DNA of 64,000 nt, taken from Kudoa neothunni. Its lineage: Eukaryota; Animalia; Cnidaria. Positions 37,670 through 52,072 of this stretch are shown piece after piece. The notes below the pieces were generated by a model, which was not told where the DNA came from, did not search any database, and saw only the letters and a program-made list of their open reading frames with translations. The stretch spans positions 7,210,035-7,274,034 of the forward strand of contig OZ199838.1 in the NCBI GenBank assembly GCA_964304625.1, written 5' to 3'. A program made the translations under genes and the position numbers. Numbering within the stretch: position 1 is the stretch's first letter; each line of letters starts with the position of its first letter.

Positions 37670-40415
37670 ATGACTTCTATAGAGCAGTTGTATCATTGTT
37701 ATAACGTATTGTCACAAGCGAAAGAGGATGCTGGAAAAGTAATCTCTAATTTATCTGCTTTAAATATAGCATTGTTCAAGCATACTGATGAGTTTGTGAC
37801 AATCATGAAAGGCGCTACCGGCGAAACCAGCTCGAAAATGTTGACTCTTCAATTTTTGCCCAAATTTTCCAAATACTTCCCTCAGTTGTTAACTCAAGCT
37901 TTCGAATATCAACTTGATCTCTGTGAGGATAATGACATTAATGTATGAAATTTTTTTCAAAGTCTAATTGTTATCATTTTGTTTATATCACATCATTCCA
38001 CTCTAGGTGAGACGCCAAAGTGTCAAACATTTATTGGAATACGCCAAAATTGATGAAAAGTTGTTTCTAAAGGTGGCTGATATTTTTATTCAATTGTGTT
38101 GCATAGGTAATCCATAATTTGGTTAAGTTTGATGTTTTAATTAGATAATTCAATATTTACAAACATCTGGTTTATTTGACCTATAATATAGTTTTCGATT
38201 ATTTCGATTTTGGCATTTGGTTTAATTAATGAGAACATTTATTCTCATTCTAATTATATAAATACGATTAATGATTGCCATTCTCACTTTGCTCTACTAT
38301 GCCTACATCCAACATTATTATTATGTCTATTTAAATACGGTTGGATTAATAACAAACCTCAATCCTAATTGAGATTCTAAATTTTTATTATCATTCAAAG
38401 TGAAACGTTCATTTTGTTTATGTCTTGATTGTGATTAGATGATAATATCGTACGTGACTGCGCCCAGAAAAATATCGAAACTCTACTATCGCTGGATTCT
38501 TTGAGTAGTTTTGAATTTGTTTTGTTTATAATACTGAGAAATCTATTTGTTTTTTCTTTTAGAAGTGGCTACTGCTGCTATAACTCACTTGGAAGAAACA
38601 GGAGAAGCTTCCGTTTTTGTTGCTGTCGATACATTACTGAGAATATTTACTCGAAATCCCCCATTAACTGGTAACGAGGAAGAAATTTCCAATTTAAAAG
38701 TCAAATTGAATGAACTTCTTAACAATTGTATGAATAACTTACACATTAAAATACCCCTGGACAATTCCACCAATGTTAATCATTACAATAATTTGATGAT
38801 TTCATTTCTCATTCTACTAAACCCTTCAACAACCAAATTGATCACTCCAGCAATCTATGTACAAAAGGTTGTATCTTCCATGTCTATAGTTACAGATCAT
38901 GTAAAAAAAGTATTTCATTCGAGATTTTGACATTTTTCAAGCTTATGAATTCCAATAATTTGCTGGATTTGATTAAAATGTACAAATTGGTTGAGCCATA
39001 TTTACTGGTAAAATAATTTGATTGTTGGTTTTAAATGATGATTCATCTGTTAGGTTGATCACACATTAGTGAATATGTTTGTATTAGATTACGTCCGTTT
39101 GAAACTATTTCCTCTTCTTCCTAAAATAAGTCAATCACTCCAGTTGGGCAATTCTACAGAAAATCAAATGTTCAGAGTCCTATATGTGATATATATCCAG
39201 GAAATTGTTAAACTGCTTTCATATCTGCCTATATCAGAAGTTAGTGGATGTGTGCCATTGTTTTTCAATCTACTTTCAGTATGTGATAAGTTTTTAAATA
39301 TTAGATGGGGTGGATAATTTTTGTGTAGAATGTTTTGCCTACATCAGATAAATTTGATCCACAGAACAACTCCTATACCAGTGACGTTTTGATTGATAGT
39401 GAGACGCTGGGGTGTTATCTTCTAGGTTTCTATTACGTTCTGTATAAAGTACATCTACTTTAGTCTGTGACAACTTTTACGGCCTACACTAAAGCTGACA
39501 TCGCATATAGATTCCAACAGTTGATGATACCTTTCAGATTACTTTGGGTGATTTACGATCTAGACTTGGCATGTTTTTGCGAGTTATTAATTCCGCATCC
39601 CACAAGTGTCTTATGGGTTCGTTGACAACCATACCGAAAGTTGAGTCAAACGACTCGACTTCCGCTTCAAGCACTGTTAGCAATCCCACTGAAGGCAATG
39701 CTGCTGTTGTAAAACCAATGGAAACCAGATCAAAACATCCTCAAATCACACCACCGTCGTCACCTAGTCCTGAAAGAAATAAATCAAGAACCATATGGCA
39801 TTCTACCAATCGTTCTGTTCAAAATAAACCATCAGCTCAATTCTATGCCCCACCCTACAAACGAGTGTCAAAACATATAACATCGAGTGAACCCCAATAC
39901 AGTTTGAATTCGATAAAACAATTGGCCAAAGTTTTTCCATTCGACTTCCCCTATGTTTTTCTAATCAACAACGAATTGTTTAGGCGCTGATTGATGAACC
40001 GATTTCCAAAAATGTATCTTTGATTCCCTATTGGAAATCCAATGTATGTTGCCCGTATGTATAGTTTGGTTGAATTGTGCTGTAGAAATTTTTGTTGGAC
40101 GTTCGAACCAGTATTTCTAACTGCTTGGCTGATAGTCAGAAATGTAGAGCTACCACTTGCCAAGCTATATTCAAGGTAGTTGAAGGTATGAACAATACTT
40201 TCGAGCTTGTGGTGGCCGGATCAGGGTCATCTCACACTGGGCTTGTTTCAAACAATCACGCCAATAGTGGCTCAAACAACTTTTCTTTGAAGAGACAGAT
40301 CCGAAACAAACGAGGAATTGAAAAAGTCCCCTCCGATGAAACCAACCCTAAATCACAACTCGCTCCGAAGAAAAGGGCTGCAAAGACCGCTAGAGGTCGG
40401 GGACGAAGAAGATAA
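37670..40415 (+). CDS. API5: Apoptosis inhibitor 5, multi-exon
   Basis: N-terminus MTSIEQLYHCYNVLSQAKE...LQFLPKFSKYFPQL...AFEYQLDLCEDNDIN|VRRQSVK matches API5 (MPTVEELYRNYGIL...QFIPKFFKHFPEL..SAINAQLDLCEDEDVSIRRQAIK). Basic RG-rich C-terminus. Confidence 0.88.
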
Positions 40416-43107
40416 TAACTAGAAACAATTTCTTTCATTTTTTGATATTGTCTATTTAAAACTGATGTTATTGCTGTGATGTCCTACTTATTGCGTCACG
40501 AACGATGAAGTGCTAAGCGTGTTTTCGTACTGCATATTTTGTCATTATTTTTTTCATCCTCTAAAATTATCAACTCTTAATGACTTAAATTACGGAAATC
40601 TCATTTTTTACATGATAAATATCAAAACAACGATAAAATTATACAGTAACTTATGGGTCTTGCGCGGTCATAAGTTGTATGTAATATCGCAATAAAACAT
40701 AAGTGAATCAATATCTTAAAAATTTAACTTATAAAATTTATAATATTGGTGACATATTATTTCGAGTTGAATTTAGAAAAATTAATATTAATCTTTAATG
40801 TGTCCTTTACCCGAATAGAATCAGAATGGTTTGAACTTATTCTTGTCTCATTTAGAATAGTTTAATTCTTTTTTGATTAACCCTGATGTAATTTTGATTA
40901 ATTTTGTATTTACGGTCAACAACGGTTACTGTGTAGGTGGATATTGCGCACTTTTCGTTGTGTGTCATTATTTTATCGTTTTGTAAAGTTCAATTCTATC
41001 ATATAAGTCCTATAAGCTATTAAGGAAACATTTTAAATTATTTATTTAAGAATTTTTTTATAAATGCTAGAAAATGGATATTGCGCATTAATTTTAGTCA
41101 TCATTAAATTTAACAATATCCCGAAATCAAAGTGTATAATCATTATGTTGTAATTTTTACGCTAAATGAGTTTAACGAAATTAAACGTTGATTTCAACGT
41201 CTTTCTATTTTTATATTAATAAAAATTATTTTGGGTTAATTTATTAAATAACAAAAATTGAACTAATAGTCAATGAGGAAAAGCGGAAATATTTTTATAA
41301 CTATAAATTTTATCCACGTGTACAAATTTATTAGTACTTTGGTTTCCTTACAGGATTACATGTTGTTATTTTAATCTGAGTAGATTCATTGGTTTTAAAC
41401 TATAATTGTTTGTCATTGTACGTAAACCAAAAAAATATAATGATAACACATGAATGTATGCTTTTACTATTAGATTGTTTTAGGGTTAAATTAACTCCAT
41501 TTTATTGCATAAAAAAGATAATAATAAAAATACAGAATAAATTTCTACATTAGAGCAGAGTTTTAATTGCTGATTAAATTAAACAATATTTTTGCGGAAA
41601 TGTAGAAAATATTTTTATTTTATTTAATGTTATTCATGTAACTCCGACAAACGGATAATGTTAACAATGTTGATGACATTTATATATTTAATATAGAAAA
41701 CTGTGAGATATATTACTATATACAAATTGACTTCTTTGATGCATATATTTCTGAGAGCCTAATATCAACGATCAAATTGATGATAAATAAAATAATCATA
41801 CTTTATATTAATTTCGAAACATTATTAGGTTTTGTTTTTATGTCTGCGCAATCTAACGGCTGTATGGAGCAGAATTTTTATTTTGTATTCCCTGAAATCC
41901 ATGATACTTTATTTTATGTAACTCTTAATATAAAAGTTATCCCTGGAAATAAGTAATTTCGAAAAAGTTAATTAATTTATTATACATTTTATATTTTTTA
42001 TTATAAATAACATATAGATTGATGCCATTATAATGTGGTAAACAACTGTTTAAAAAATCCGATGGTAGATATCTTTCAATATTAATTACATATCTTTTAA
42101 ATTTAACTATCAAAAACCGCAAAAAAAAAATTATAAACTAAAACATCATTATTGATTATTGAAAATTATGTTTAATTGTAAAAATTTTTTGAATATTGGA
42201 AACAAGCCCCTAATCATAAATGATAAGTATTACAAAGCGAATAATATATTGGAACAAATTGCATTTTTTGGATTTAATTATCATGTTTTTTTGCTTCACA
42301 ATTAAAAATTAACATTTTTAAGCCCGTTTTTTATAAAAATATTTTATTACGTTTTTCAACTGTAATAATATCTAATTGCATCATTGTTACAAAAATTTAA
42401 ATGAATGTAAATATAACCGATTATATAAGATGAAATCATAAATTTCAAAATTAAATTAAACTTAAAATAACAACTTCACTCAAAACACGCGTCCACCCCT
42501 GTACGTCATGGTTCTTATGTATATATTTTGCTTTTTTTATCCAACCAAGCCTTGGTAAATCCAAATCTGTTTATGATTGAATTCCCGAAATTAGATTTAA
42601 GAGAAAAATTTATCGAAAATTAATTTAGAAGGAACAACTTTCTAGATACACAAAGACGATCAAGTTTTCCTTTAATTCTCAACTTTAAAGTTTTAATAAA
42701 TCTAACAAGAGGGTTATATCATTATTAATCAGTTAAATCATGGAAACGTATGAAATTATAGAATCGGATTTTTATTCTTATAAGAATAATCCATGTATTT
42801 AAAATGAAAATTCTCAATATGGTGCAAATCAAAATGAAAATGACCACATCACGTATGTGTTATTCATTGAGAAACCGAATAATACTATCTCAGAAATACG
42901 CTGACATATTATAAGACCCAAATGGAGTGAATGATTTCCACCCAGTGATGAACAGGATATCTAATATTGTAAATTATATTTAGAAATGTATTTTTATAAC
43001 AATTTTTCTGAAAATAAATGTCAATTAGTTCGATTTAAAGAAGATAATTGAGTTTTATATTTCATACGCGCGCGATTAGATGGATATTGCTCATAGAATA
43101 TGTATTG

Positions 43108-43253
43108 CAGGGGTTCCCAACTGGGGGTGCCAACTTTGGTCTCAGGTGGTGCGAGATCCGATCAAAATTGAAAATAATCTTTGATAAATTTTAAGTCAGT
43201 TTACCTTATCGTATGCAAAGGGATGCGAGTCCTGTTTCAGTTGGGAAGCGCTG
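43108..43253. mobile_element. hAT (Buster-type) MITE, 146 bp
   Basis: Ends CAGGGGTTCCCAAC / GTTGGGAAGCGCTG and perfect 8-bp TSD ATGTATTG at 43100-43107 and 43254-43261. Confidence 0.82.
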
Positions 43254-43734
43254 ATGTATTGCGCACTTTTTTGGAGAATGGCAAAAAGGTACGCAATAAC
43301 CATTGTTGACTGTATACTCTTTATTTTCCGTTTATTAGCCCCGTACACGCGAAATTCTTTCCTAATGAAGATTGGATTGTTGGATTATCTAGGACCGGCT
43401 ACCGCTCCACTTTCGGAGCATAATATTAGGAGAATGAAATCTCCATTATGTCACCCGCTAGCGCGGCTTGCACATGTATTAACTTTACATTATTATTTAA
43501 CCGCATTTAACTTAATATGGATTACCGCGAGTTTAATTTGACGCTGGATTTGTCGGAATAAGGAACTAAAGATGTTAATTTTTTTACATCGATCAATTAA
43601 GTTAAATACAATTGAATACATTCTACTGAAAAAAGAAATATATATTAATTGCTTTCAAATTTTAATGTGGTAGGGGGCTTTATTCAATGTTATAAACAAT
43701 TTTAATTAAAAAAATCAATACTTTTAAAAAAGAT

Positions 43735-43766
43735 GGGGCGCGATAGAAAAAGGGTTGGGAACACTG
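43735..43766. mobile_element. Orphan hAT right end
   Basis: GGGGCGCGATAGAAAAAGGGTTGGGAACACTG (reverse complement CAGTGTTCCCAACC), the same type as the 43108 MITE end. No matching TSD or left end found. Confidence 0.45.
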
Positions 43767-44334
43767 TATTAGTTGGTTCATGCCCTTATAAAAAGATTTA
43801 GCATTTCGCATAATCATTGTTTGGTGAATCCCCAAATTTCAAAACATATTAAATTCCTAATTACTTCAAATATTAAATTAAATAAGTACGCTGGTTGATC
43901 CAAATAAAACTGAATATTTTAAGTTCCCTTTTGATTACGCACGACCCATAGGTCACTGTAGATAGAAAAAATCCATTTAACTTATATAATCAAATTCCTA
44001 TGCATTTTCAAGTTTCGTTTGTGCATTGGGATGTTATTGATTACATTAGAAAATCTATGTATAGTTTAAAATATATCATATTGTGTTCCCTCGAAAATAT
44101 GACCTAGTCTTATATTAATTTTACACAAGAAATAGTTACTAGACCCTATATTTCTGACATAAAATCAAAAGTATTATAATCTTACGTAACTATCTAAAAA
44201 TGTAATGTAGATTAAGTTATTTAAAACAAAAAATTGTTATTATCTGCATGAAAAACGTAATTATTCGTTATTGTTGTAGCTAAGGCCTATTAATGAAGAT
44301 CCTGTCCAATAATCTCTATCAAGATACTCTAAAA

Positions 44335-47190
44335 CAGGGGTCGGAAACCTACGGCTCGTCAGTTATCTCTATCCGACCCGCCATGCATTGACTGACGTAC
44401 AAATTTTTCTTAATATCTAAAGTACCTAAATAATTTTTTGTTTTCACCTAGGACGTTTTTCCGAATGTTAACGTGTTGTCGATATAAATATTTCAATCGA
44501 TTAAAATTCATTTTCATTCAATCTGAAAACCAGAATAAAGATGACTTCTAAAATAACGTTAAGATTAATTCTATAAAAGTGCCAAACATTTTTAAGAAGG
44601 CATATAGGTATATCTAATGTTATTTGACATCGTCCAATAAATCGTTCATTCACAAGTTGAGGACGAATTGATTACACTGCGCTTGCTAATTATTAGAATA
44701 TAATACATTTGATTCGATGTAATTTTATAGATCAAATAACTTTCATAAATGTTTATTTATATATTTAAATTCAAAATTTTAATTAAGAATAATTTGACAT
44801 TTTAGTAGATTAATTTAACCCTTTCGTGCCAAATGTCCACCCTAGTACCCAAAAAATTAAACTTCCCATAAGTATGCACGTTAAATTTATTCAGATGATT
44901 TATTGAATCATTACACTTTTTAAAAGTTAAATGTTTGTTTTCATTAATACCTAGTTAAGTTAACTAAGAGAACTAGCATTTATAGTAAGTTAAATAGTAA
45001 TCCTTACACGAAATAAACAGGGAGTACAAGAAATTCAAATTTACGCACTTGCAGTCAGTTTTTTCTCATCGAAAAAAATTCGAATTACGAAACGTTAAAA
45101 CGTGATTCAATGCGCTACATTTCATAAGATACATAACAACCTATCAAAATATAATGACTAATCAACACGTGAGTACTAGGATGGACATTTGGCATTCGTG
45201 GGTCTCCGGCTTTCGAACACATGGATCACGATTTGATTTTTAGATGTTCAAAAGAGGGAAACACGACAACTGAAATTGTGGTATTTCCTGATGCGGATAT
45301 TTCTGATCCAGAAGAATACGTTGAAGATTTTGGAACACAAAATCTCGAAGAAAGGGTGCTTGAAGCGTACACCGAAAATAATCAAGATTCAGACTGTTCT
45401 GATGAGGAAGTTGTACCAACCTTTAACTGGAATATAGGTGAAACCTTTGCAAATATGCCAAATAAGTCGGAGACGGAAGATATTGTTTTTAGTGAAGTTA
45501 CCGATAGATTATTTCAACTTCTTTTTCAATGAAGACCTGGTTCTGTTAATTATTGAACAGACAAATTTATATTCGGTTCAGCAAAATTCTAGTTTTCGAG
45601 TTGGTGAAGATGATATAAAAAAGTTTATAGGAACATTGATTATCATGGGAATTGTCAAAATGCCGAGATATCGTTGCTATTGGCCTAAAACTCTAAATTA
45701 CCCACCTGTTTCTGAGTTTGTGTCGAGAACCCATTTCGAAAATATTTCAAAATATTTACATTTCACTGATAATTCAAAAATTATCACGAATCCGAATTCT
45801 TCAGAATATGATAAATTTGCAAAGATTCGACCGGTTTTTGGATTCTATTAGAACAAATTGTTTGAAAGTTGAATGTGGACGAAAGAACTCAATTGACGAG
45901 CAAATTATTCCATTCAAAGGTAGGTGTAAAGTGAAACAATATGCTCCAAAGAAACCGACGAAATGGGGATTCAAAATGTTCGCGAGATGTGATCTAGTAT
46001 CCGGTGACTTTGTTATAAAGTTGTGCGAGAGTTTACCCTTGTCCAAAACTTATTTTGTCTACTTCGACAATTGGTTTACATTCATTCCTCTTCAAATTTT
46101 ATTAAAAAAAGGACCATTTACTCGGTGGGAACTATTCGCAAGAATAGAGTAAAGGGATGTCCATTACAGAATGAGACTGATTTAAAAACTCAGGGACGAG
46201 GAGCATTTGAGAGTCTGCACGACTCTAATAATAATATTTCCATAACGCGTTGGTTTGACGGATCTGTTGTAACTCTCTCATCAATCCATTCTTCAATCCA
46301 ACCGATTAAAACGGCGAAAAGATTTGACCGTTCCAACAAATTCATGATTGACATTCCGTGCCCTGCAGTTGTAGCCGAATATAACCAAAATATGGGAGGA
46401 GTGGATCTTTCAGATATGTTGATGTCGCTCTATGTAATGAAACATAAATGTAAGAAATATTACACGCGAATTTTCTTCTGGGCCCTCAATCCATGTATTA
46501 TAAATGCGTGGTTATTAATATAAGCGAAATTGTACGATTCGAAAAATTCCAAAGAGAGATATACTGGACTTGATGAATTTTTCATTGAAAATAAGTGAAG
46601 GTCTTCATTATTACCAAATAGCAAGTGCTCCCAAAAACGTGGTAGACCGTCTCTTAATAATTCTTTCGTAAAAATTGATGATAAATATGAAAGAACTGAG
46701 AGAATAAGAACACATCCTCCCAGTAATCATATTCGACTGGATAACGTAGGGCATTTTCCTGAAATAGTGTCAATTAAATCCAGATGTAGAATATGCCAAC
46801 GAAAAACTCAATTTAAATGCACTAAATGTTATTTTTTTGTTGTATTGTGAAAGATAGAAACTGTTTTTTAAATTATCAAAGTTCAAATATCTAAAAAATT
46901 TTCAAATTTATTTTGTTTGTTTCTGTGCGCAATTCAATGCGCGAAATCGTAGTTTTACCACCTATGCCAAATGTCCACCTCAGTACCCACGTTAAAAACG
47001 GCTGAAATTATGCTTCTTATTAATTTATATCCCAATAAAATCATTAAATATAGGATTTTAGTGCCTATAATATATTTTAAAAAATCGTGAAATGAAATAA
47101 AAAATATGGATACGAAAGAGTTAATACGACCCGCGTTAGAGTCAGGGTATGTCTGTTCGGTCCGCCACTCAAAAAGATTGCCGACCTCTG
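44335..47190. mobile_element. Non-autonomous hAT (Charlie/Buster-like) carrying a nested piggyBac
   Basis: Ends CAGGGGTCGGAAA / TTGCCGACCTCTG and perfect 8-bp TSD CTCTAAAA at 44327-44334 and 47191-47198. Confidence 0.88.
44819..47120 (+). mobile_element. piggyBac element (PGBD2/3-like), defective
   Basis: TTAA at 44815-44818 and 47121-47124, TIR C[C/T]CTTTCGT. Subterminal TGCCAAATGTCCACC...GTACCCA at about 44827 and 46965, inverted at about 45170. Transposase pieces at 45221-46880 (SIDEQIIPFKG, KPTKWGFK, FDNWFT, MGGVDLSD, Cys-rich tail). Confidence 0.9.
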
Positions 47191-48415
47191 CTCTAAAACA
47201 ATGCCAGGTCTTATTTAAAATTCACATAAAAAATATTGTTAGGTTTTATTTTCGAGGAAATAAAATATGTAAGGGGGAATATGCGCTAGTATTAAGATAC
47301 GACATTACTTACTTTAGTCGGATCAAGTTTTGATACTACAACAAATATTTTGTTCCGGAGATAATCCGTAATGATGATCGGTCAAGGTTTAATTAATACC
47401 AGATAATATTATTATTTCTTTCATATTCTATGAATTAAAAAATTTCCTGTTCTATATTTATTCAGAGATTAATTTTAAAAAATAATTCTTTATTGTAATA
47501 ATATATTGTGATATTCGGCGTATGAACAACAACACACAAACCCGGATGAGTAAATATCAAGCTAAAGTAAACGATTACTGTATGCAGGATTTTAATCTTC
47601 CATATTTTGTAATCGCTTACTCTTTTATTCTATTGAAATCTGTAAAGAAAAAGATACAAATGAGCTTAAACAATAAATGTCATTTAGCGAGTTATCAGTT
47701 ATCAAGAAAATGAATATAAAAAAGTAAATTCAGTCAAAATCAATATGAACAGGATTTGTTTGTTAATTCATACGATTTCTCTGAACCCATTTTTTTCTTC
47801 TATAAGGAGAAGAAATATTTTTAACCTAACCAAAAATAAATATTAGTCGTATGGCACATTATACGGATTAAATAAACCAGAATGGGGTTCGAACCGAAAT
47901 GCCAATTAATAAACTTATTTAAGCTAAGCTCCTACGCATATTAATTAGAATACGCAAGTTTGGTCTTAAGAAAGATCTTAACTGATTATATCAGTCTCAC
48001 CCTAAATATTCATACAAATTAAGCGAATAAACTCTATCCAAGTTTTCATAGTGATGACGAGGATTTTACAGCTCTAAGCGAGCGTTCAATGACTAAAAAT
48101 ATATACACCTAACATTTAATAAATTAAAAAGCTAGCATTGATATTATTAGTGGTGAACTAGCGTATTCCGATGACGAAAGGATATCTAGGTTTAAATCTG
48201 CCTACTATTAATATAATTACACCTTCGACATTCCTTCAAAATGTTTTAACATAATACGACGTTATGTTATTTTTTTAATTAAAGTTAAATATGGTAAATT
48301 TTACCAATCAGATAGAACAATAAACAAAAAGTGGACCTGACGCGTCACCCAAACCAACAAGTGACAATAATAAGACGAATGTTGTCGTGTGGATTCGAAT
48401 TTCGTGTGACTCGCC

Positions 48416-49413
<998 letters not shown>

Positions 49414-49959
49414 TACTTTGGCATATATAAATTTTGCCCATTCTTCCGTTTCTACCACTTGACTAATATTCTGCTAGTTAAAGTTTGCACAACCTACGGA
49501 ATTTTTGTATTTTGGTTATGATGATTTCTGATAGTTGCATCGAATTATTTGTTGTGGTTTGTTGATCAATTTTTTGTTTCTCTAAGTCTTAATGGCATTT
49601 AAATCAAGCGTCATAATGAATTTTTTTATGGTTACAGTGGGTGACGTTTATAAAATTAATTCAGTTGAGTTTTTTCACCTGAAAAATAATCTGATAAAAA
49701 AATCAATCAAGTATTGGAATGTAAGCGCATTCATTGTTGGGTAATACGCAGCATTTCCCTAAAATCGACCTTAAAATCGGGCGTGGGTACTAATTTATTT
49801 ATATGTATAATCGGAAAAAATCTTCCTGATATTCTTATAATAAATAAAAAAAACAATTCAATAAAATATTTTGGGTTAACACCAGAAAAATAGAAGCCAA
49901 AATATTAAAAATTTTATTGTTGTATTCATATTAAGTTTAAATAATATCCTATTAAAGAA

Positions 49960-50648
49960 ATTTCAAATTCTAAAATTAGATGAATGTGGAGCTGAAAATA
50001 TTAAACAACCGAACAAACGACGAATTCATCAAAGAATCCACGAATGGATTACTTGGATAAGCCCAAATATTTTAGGGTTGTTCATAATAGAAAATTATCT
50101 TTAAATATAATGAAGTTGTGAAGAAAATTATTTGAAACGTCTATGATGTTAGCTATGGTTAATTTGACGATTTTAAAGAATTGTTTAATCTGCGTAGATT
50201 TAACGTTTGTAGTGATCCGAAACTCGTTGATGAATGAAAGTCTAAAAATTATCCTGAAAAATTGAAAACTGGAGAAGGATCTTTGGATAGAACCTGGCGA
50301 CTTTCAACAATTTAAAACATTATTCAAGTGTCACTTTTGGAATTTGTGAATATCGAAGCAAAGACGATGAAAAAGTAACAAAATTCCTCTGGTTATCCCA
50401 TTAGAAACGGTTGATGTAAAAATATTATATCACAAATACAATTTAAATGCCTCAAATATACAACAGGTTATTTAACATCCAAATGGTGTGTAAGAAACGA
50501 GTAAAAGTAAGCGATGTTTTATAAAGTGGAATAATACAATAATTTCCAAAGAATAATCGACTTTCGGTTATACGCATGCGTTTCAAAAACTGTGCATTAC
50601 CCAACATTGTTGGCTAATTGGCATTTTTCTCCGGTCCTGAAGGGGTAA
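49960..50648 (+). mobile_element. Highly decayed piggyBac relic
   Basis: Translated trace FKELFNLRRF (cf. YKDLFSLRRF in the 61126-62169 ORF) and an end-like CCGGTCCTGAAGGGG resembling the 28141 terminus. Confidence 0.3.
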
Positions 50649-51007
50649 CGTATCACCCGCCACCCATTGCATTCATCATGCTTGCATTTTCGTTATTTGT
50701 TGACACACAAAATTTAAAATATACTGATTAAGTTAAATATTTCAAAAAGAATATCATAATTAGAGTACAGATAAATATCATGCTCTATAAAAGCTTTTCG
50801 AAGTAATTACTAACTCGAATGGATTAATAAAAACTTGTATATCGTATACATTATCTCACTCATAATTGGGGCATGCACTTTTCGATTTCGATCAATTCAA
50901 ACCGTCAATTGTTCTAAAAATAAGTGTCAAAAATTGCATTCCTGAAGTATATCGCTCCCAAGCAAATAACATGGCTTATTATTTCCGATTAGTACGCAAG
51001 CGTGAGA

Positions 51008-51854
51008 ATGTCCGACTCTGCTTCTGAGGATTTTATACACGTTGAACCACAAAGTGTATTCTACTGTAAAGGTTGTCATTTTTTATATCTCATTAGATTT
51101 TTTGTGCCGCATTAATTTGATCCTTAGTTTGTACACTGCCCCCAGAAGTATAAATTTGCAAGTTGATATTAAACGTATTTCTTAATAGTATTGTTTCTAC
51201 GGTAACAAATTTTTGCAATGCCTCGAATGGCTAAAGACAAACAACAGTGACTTGTATAACAAATTATATGCGGATACTGAAGTACTGGAGTCCTTAAAAA
51301 AGCTTCACTTAAAGAATACTGACGCAGCAGGTAATATTGATGTGAATAATTAAATGCAGACATTATTGAATGTGTTGCTATGTTGTTAGAAGCTGGAGAG
51401 GATGGGGAAAATTCGGGTAAAAAAGTAAAATTTATACTAGTAATCTGTGAACCATTGCTTTCGATAATTTACGATTTGAATCAATGTAGAATGAACCTGC
51501 ATCTGCTCCGAAAGTGAAAAAAGTGATTATCTCAAAAGAGCAGCGAAATAAAAAGAAATCTACCACTATAATTAGTGGTTTGAAGAATTTCGGTACGTTC
51601 AGTTAGGGCAGTGTGATAATGATTGTTTTCTGATATTAGAAATTGATCTAAAAAAAGCAGCTAAATTGTTTGCGAACAAATTTTCATGTGGTTCGTCGGT
51701 GTCTGCTAATAATGATGTTGTAATCCAAGGAGATGTTGTTGATAATGTATCCAATATAATAATTTCACAATGGCCTAACGTATAATTTTTGTTCTGGGTA
51801 TTGTTTAATTTTCTGTTATAGAAAATTACTCCCGAACTTATTGAAATTAAATAA
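51008..51854 (+). CDS. DENR: Density-regulated protein DENR/Tma22 (SUI1 domain), multi-exon
   Basis: VFYCK|VCTLPPE|YCFYG...CLEWLK zinc site and SUI1 domain KVIISKEQRNKKKSTTIISGLKNF|EIDLKKAAKLFANKFSCGSSV...VVIQGD. TAA at 51852-51854. Confidence 0.9.
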
Positions 51855-52072
51855 ATCTGAAATTTGTGGCATTGTTCTTATATATTTCTTCTTGTACCTC
51901 GCGAATAAAAATGCAATACAACGTTAAATTAGACTCGTATTTAAGCAGGATATAGTATGAGTTAACTTAACCGTATAGCAGTAACTTGTGTTATTTGCGT
52001 AATCAAAATCATAACTTTGAATCCATTATTACGCAATATTCACATTTGCACTTGCGCATCGTTGGTACGGGA

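Noticed and set aside
40877-41488. TTAA-CCCT ... AGGG-TTAA as a piggyBac MITE
   Set aside because: Only 4 terminal bases match and there are no subterminal repeats.
47860-47905. GGTTCGAACC tRNA T-loop/B-box
   Set aside because: No cloverleaf or A-box on either strand.
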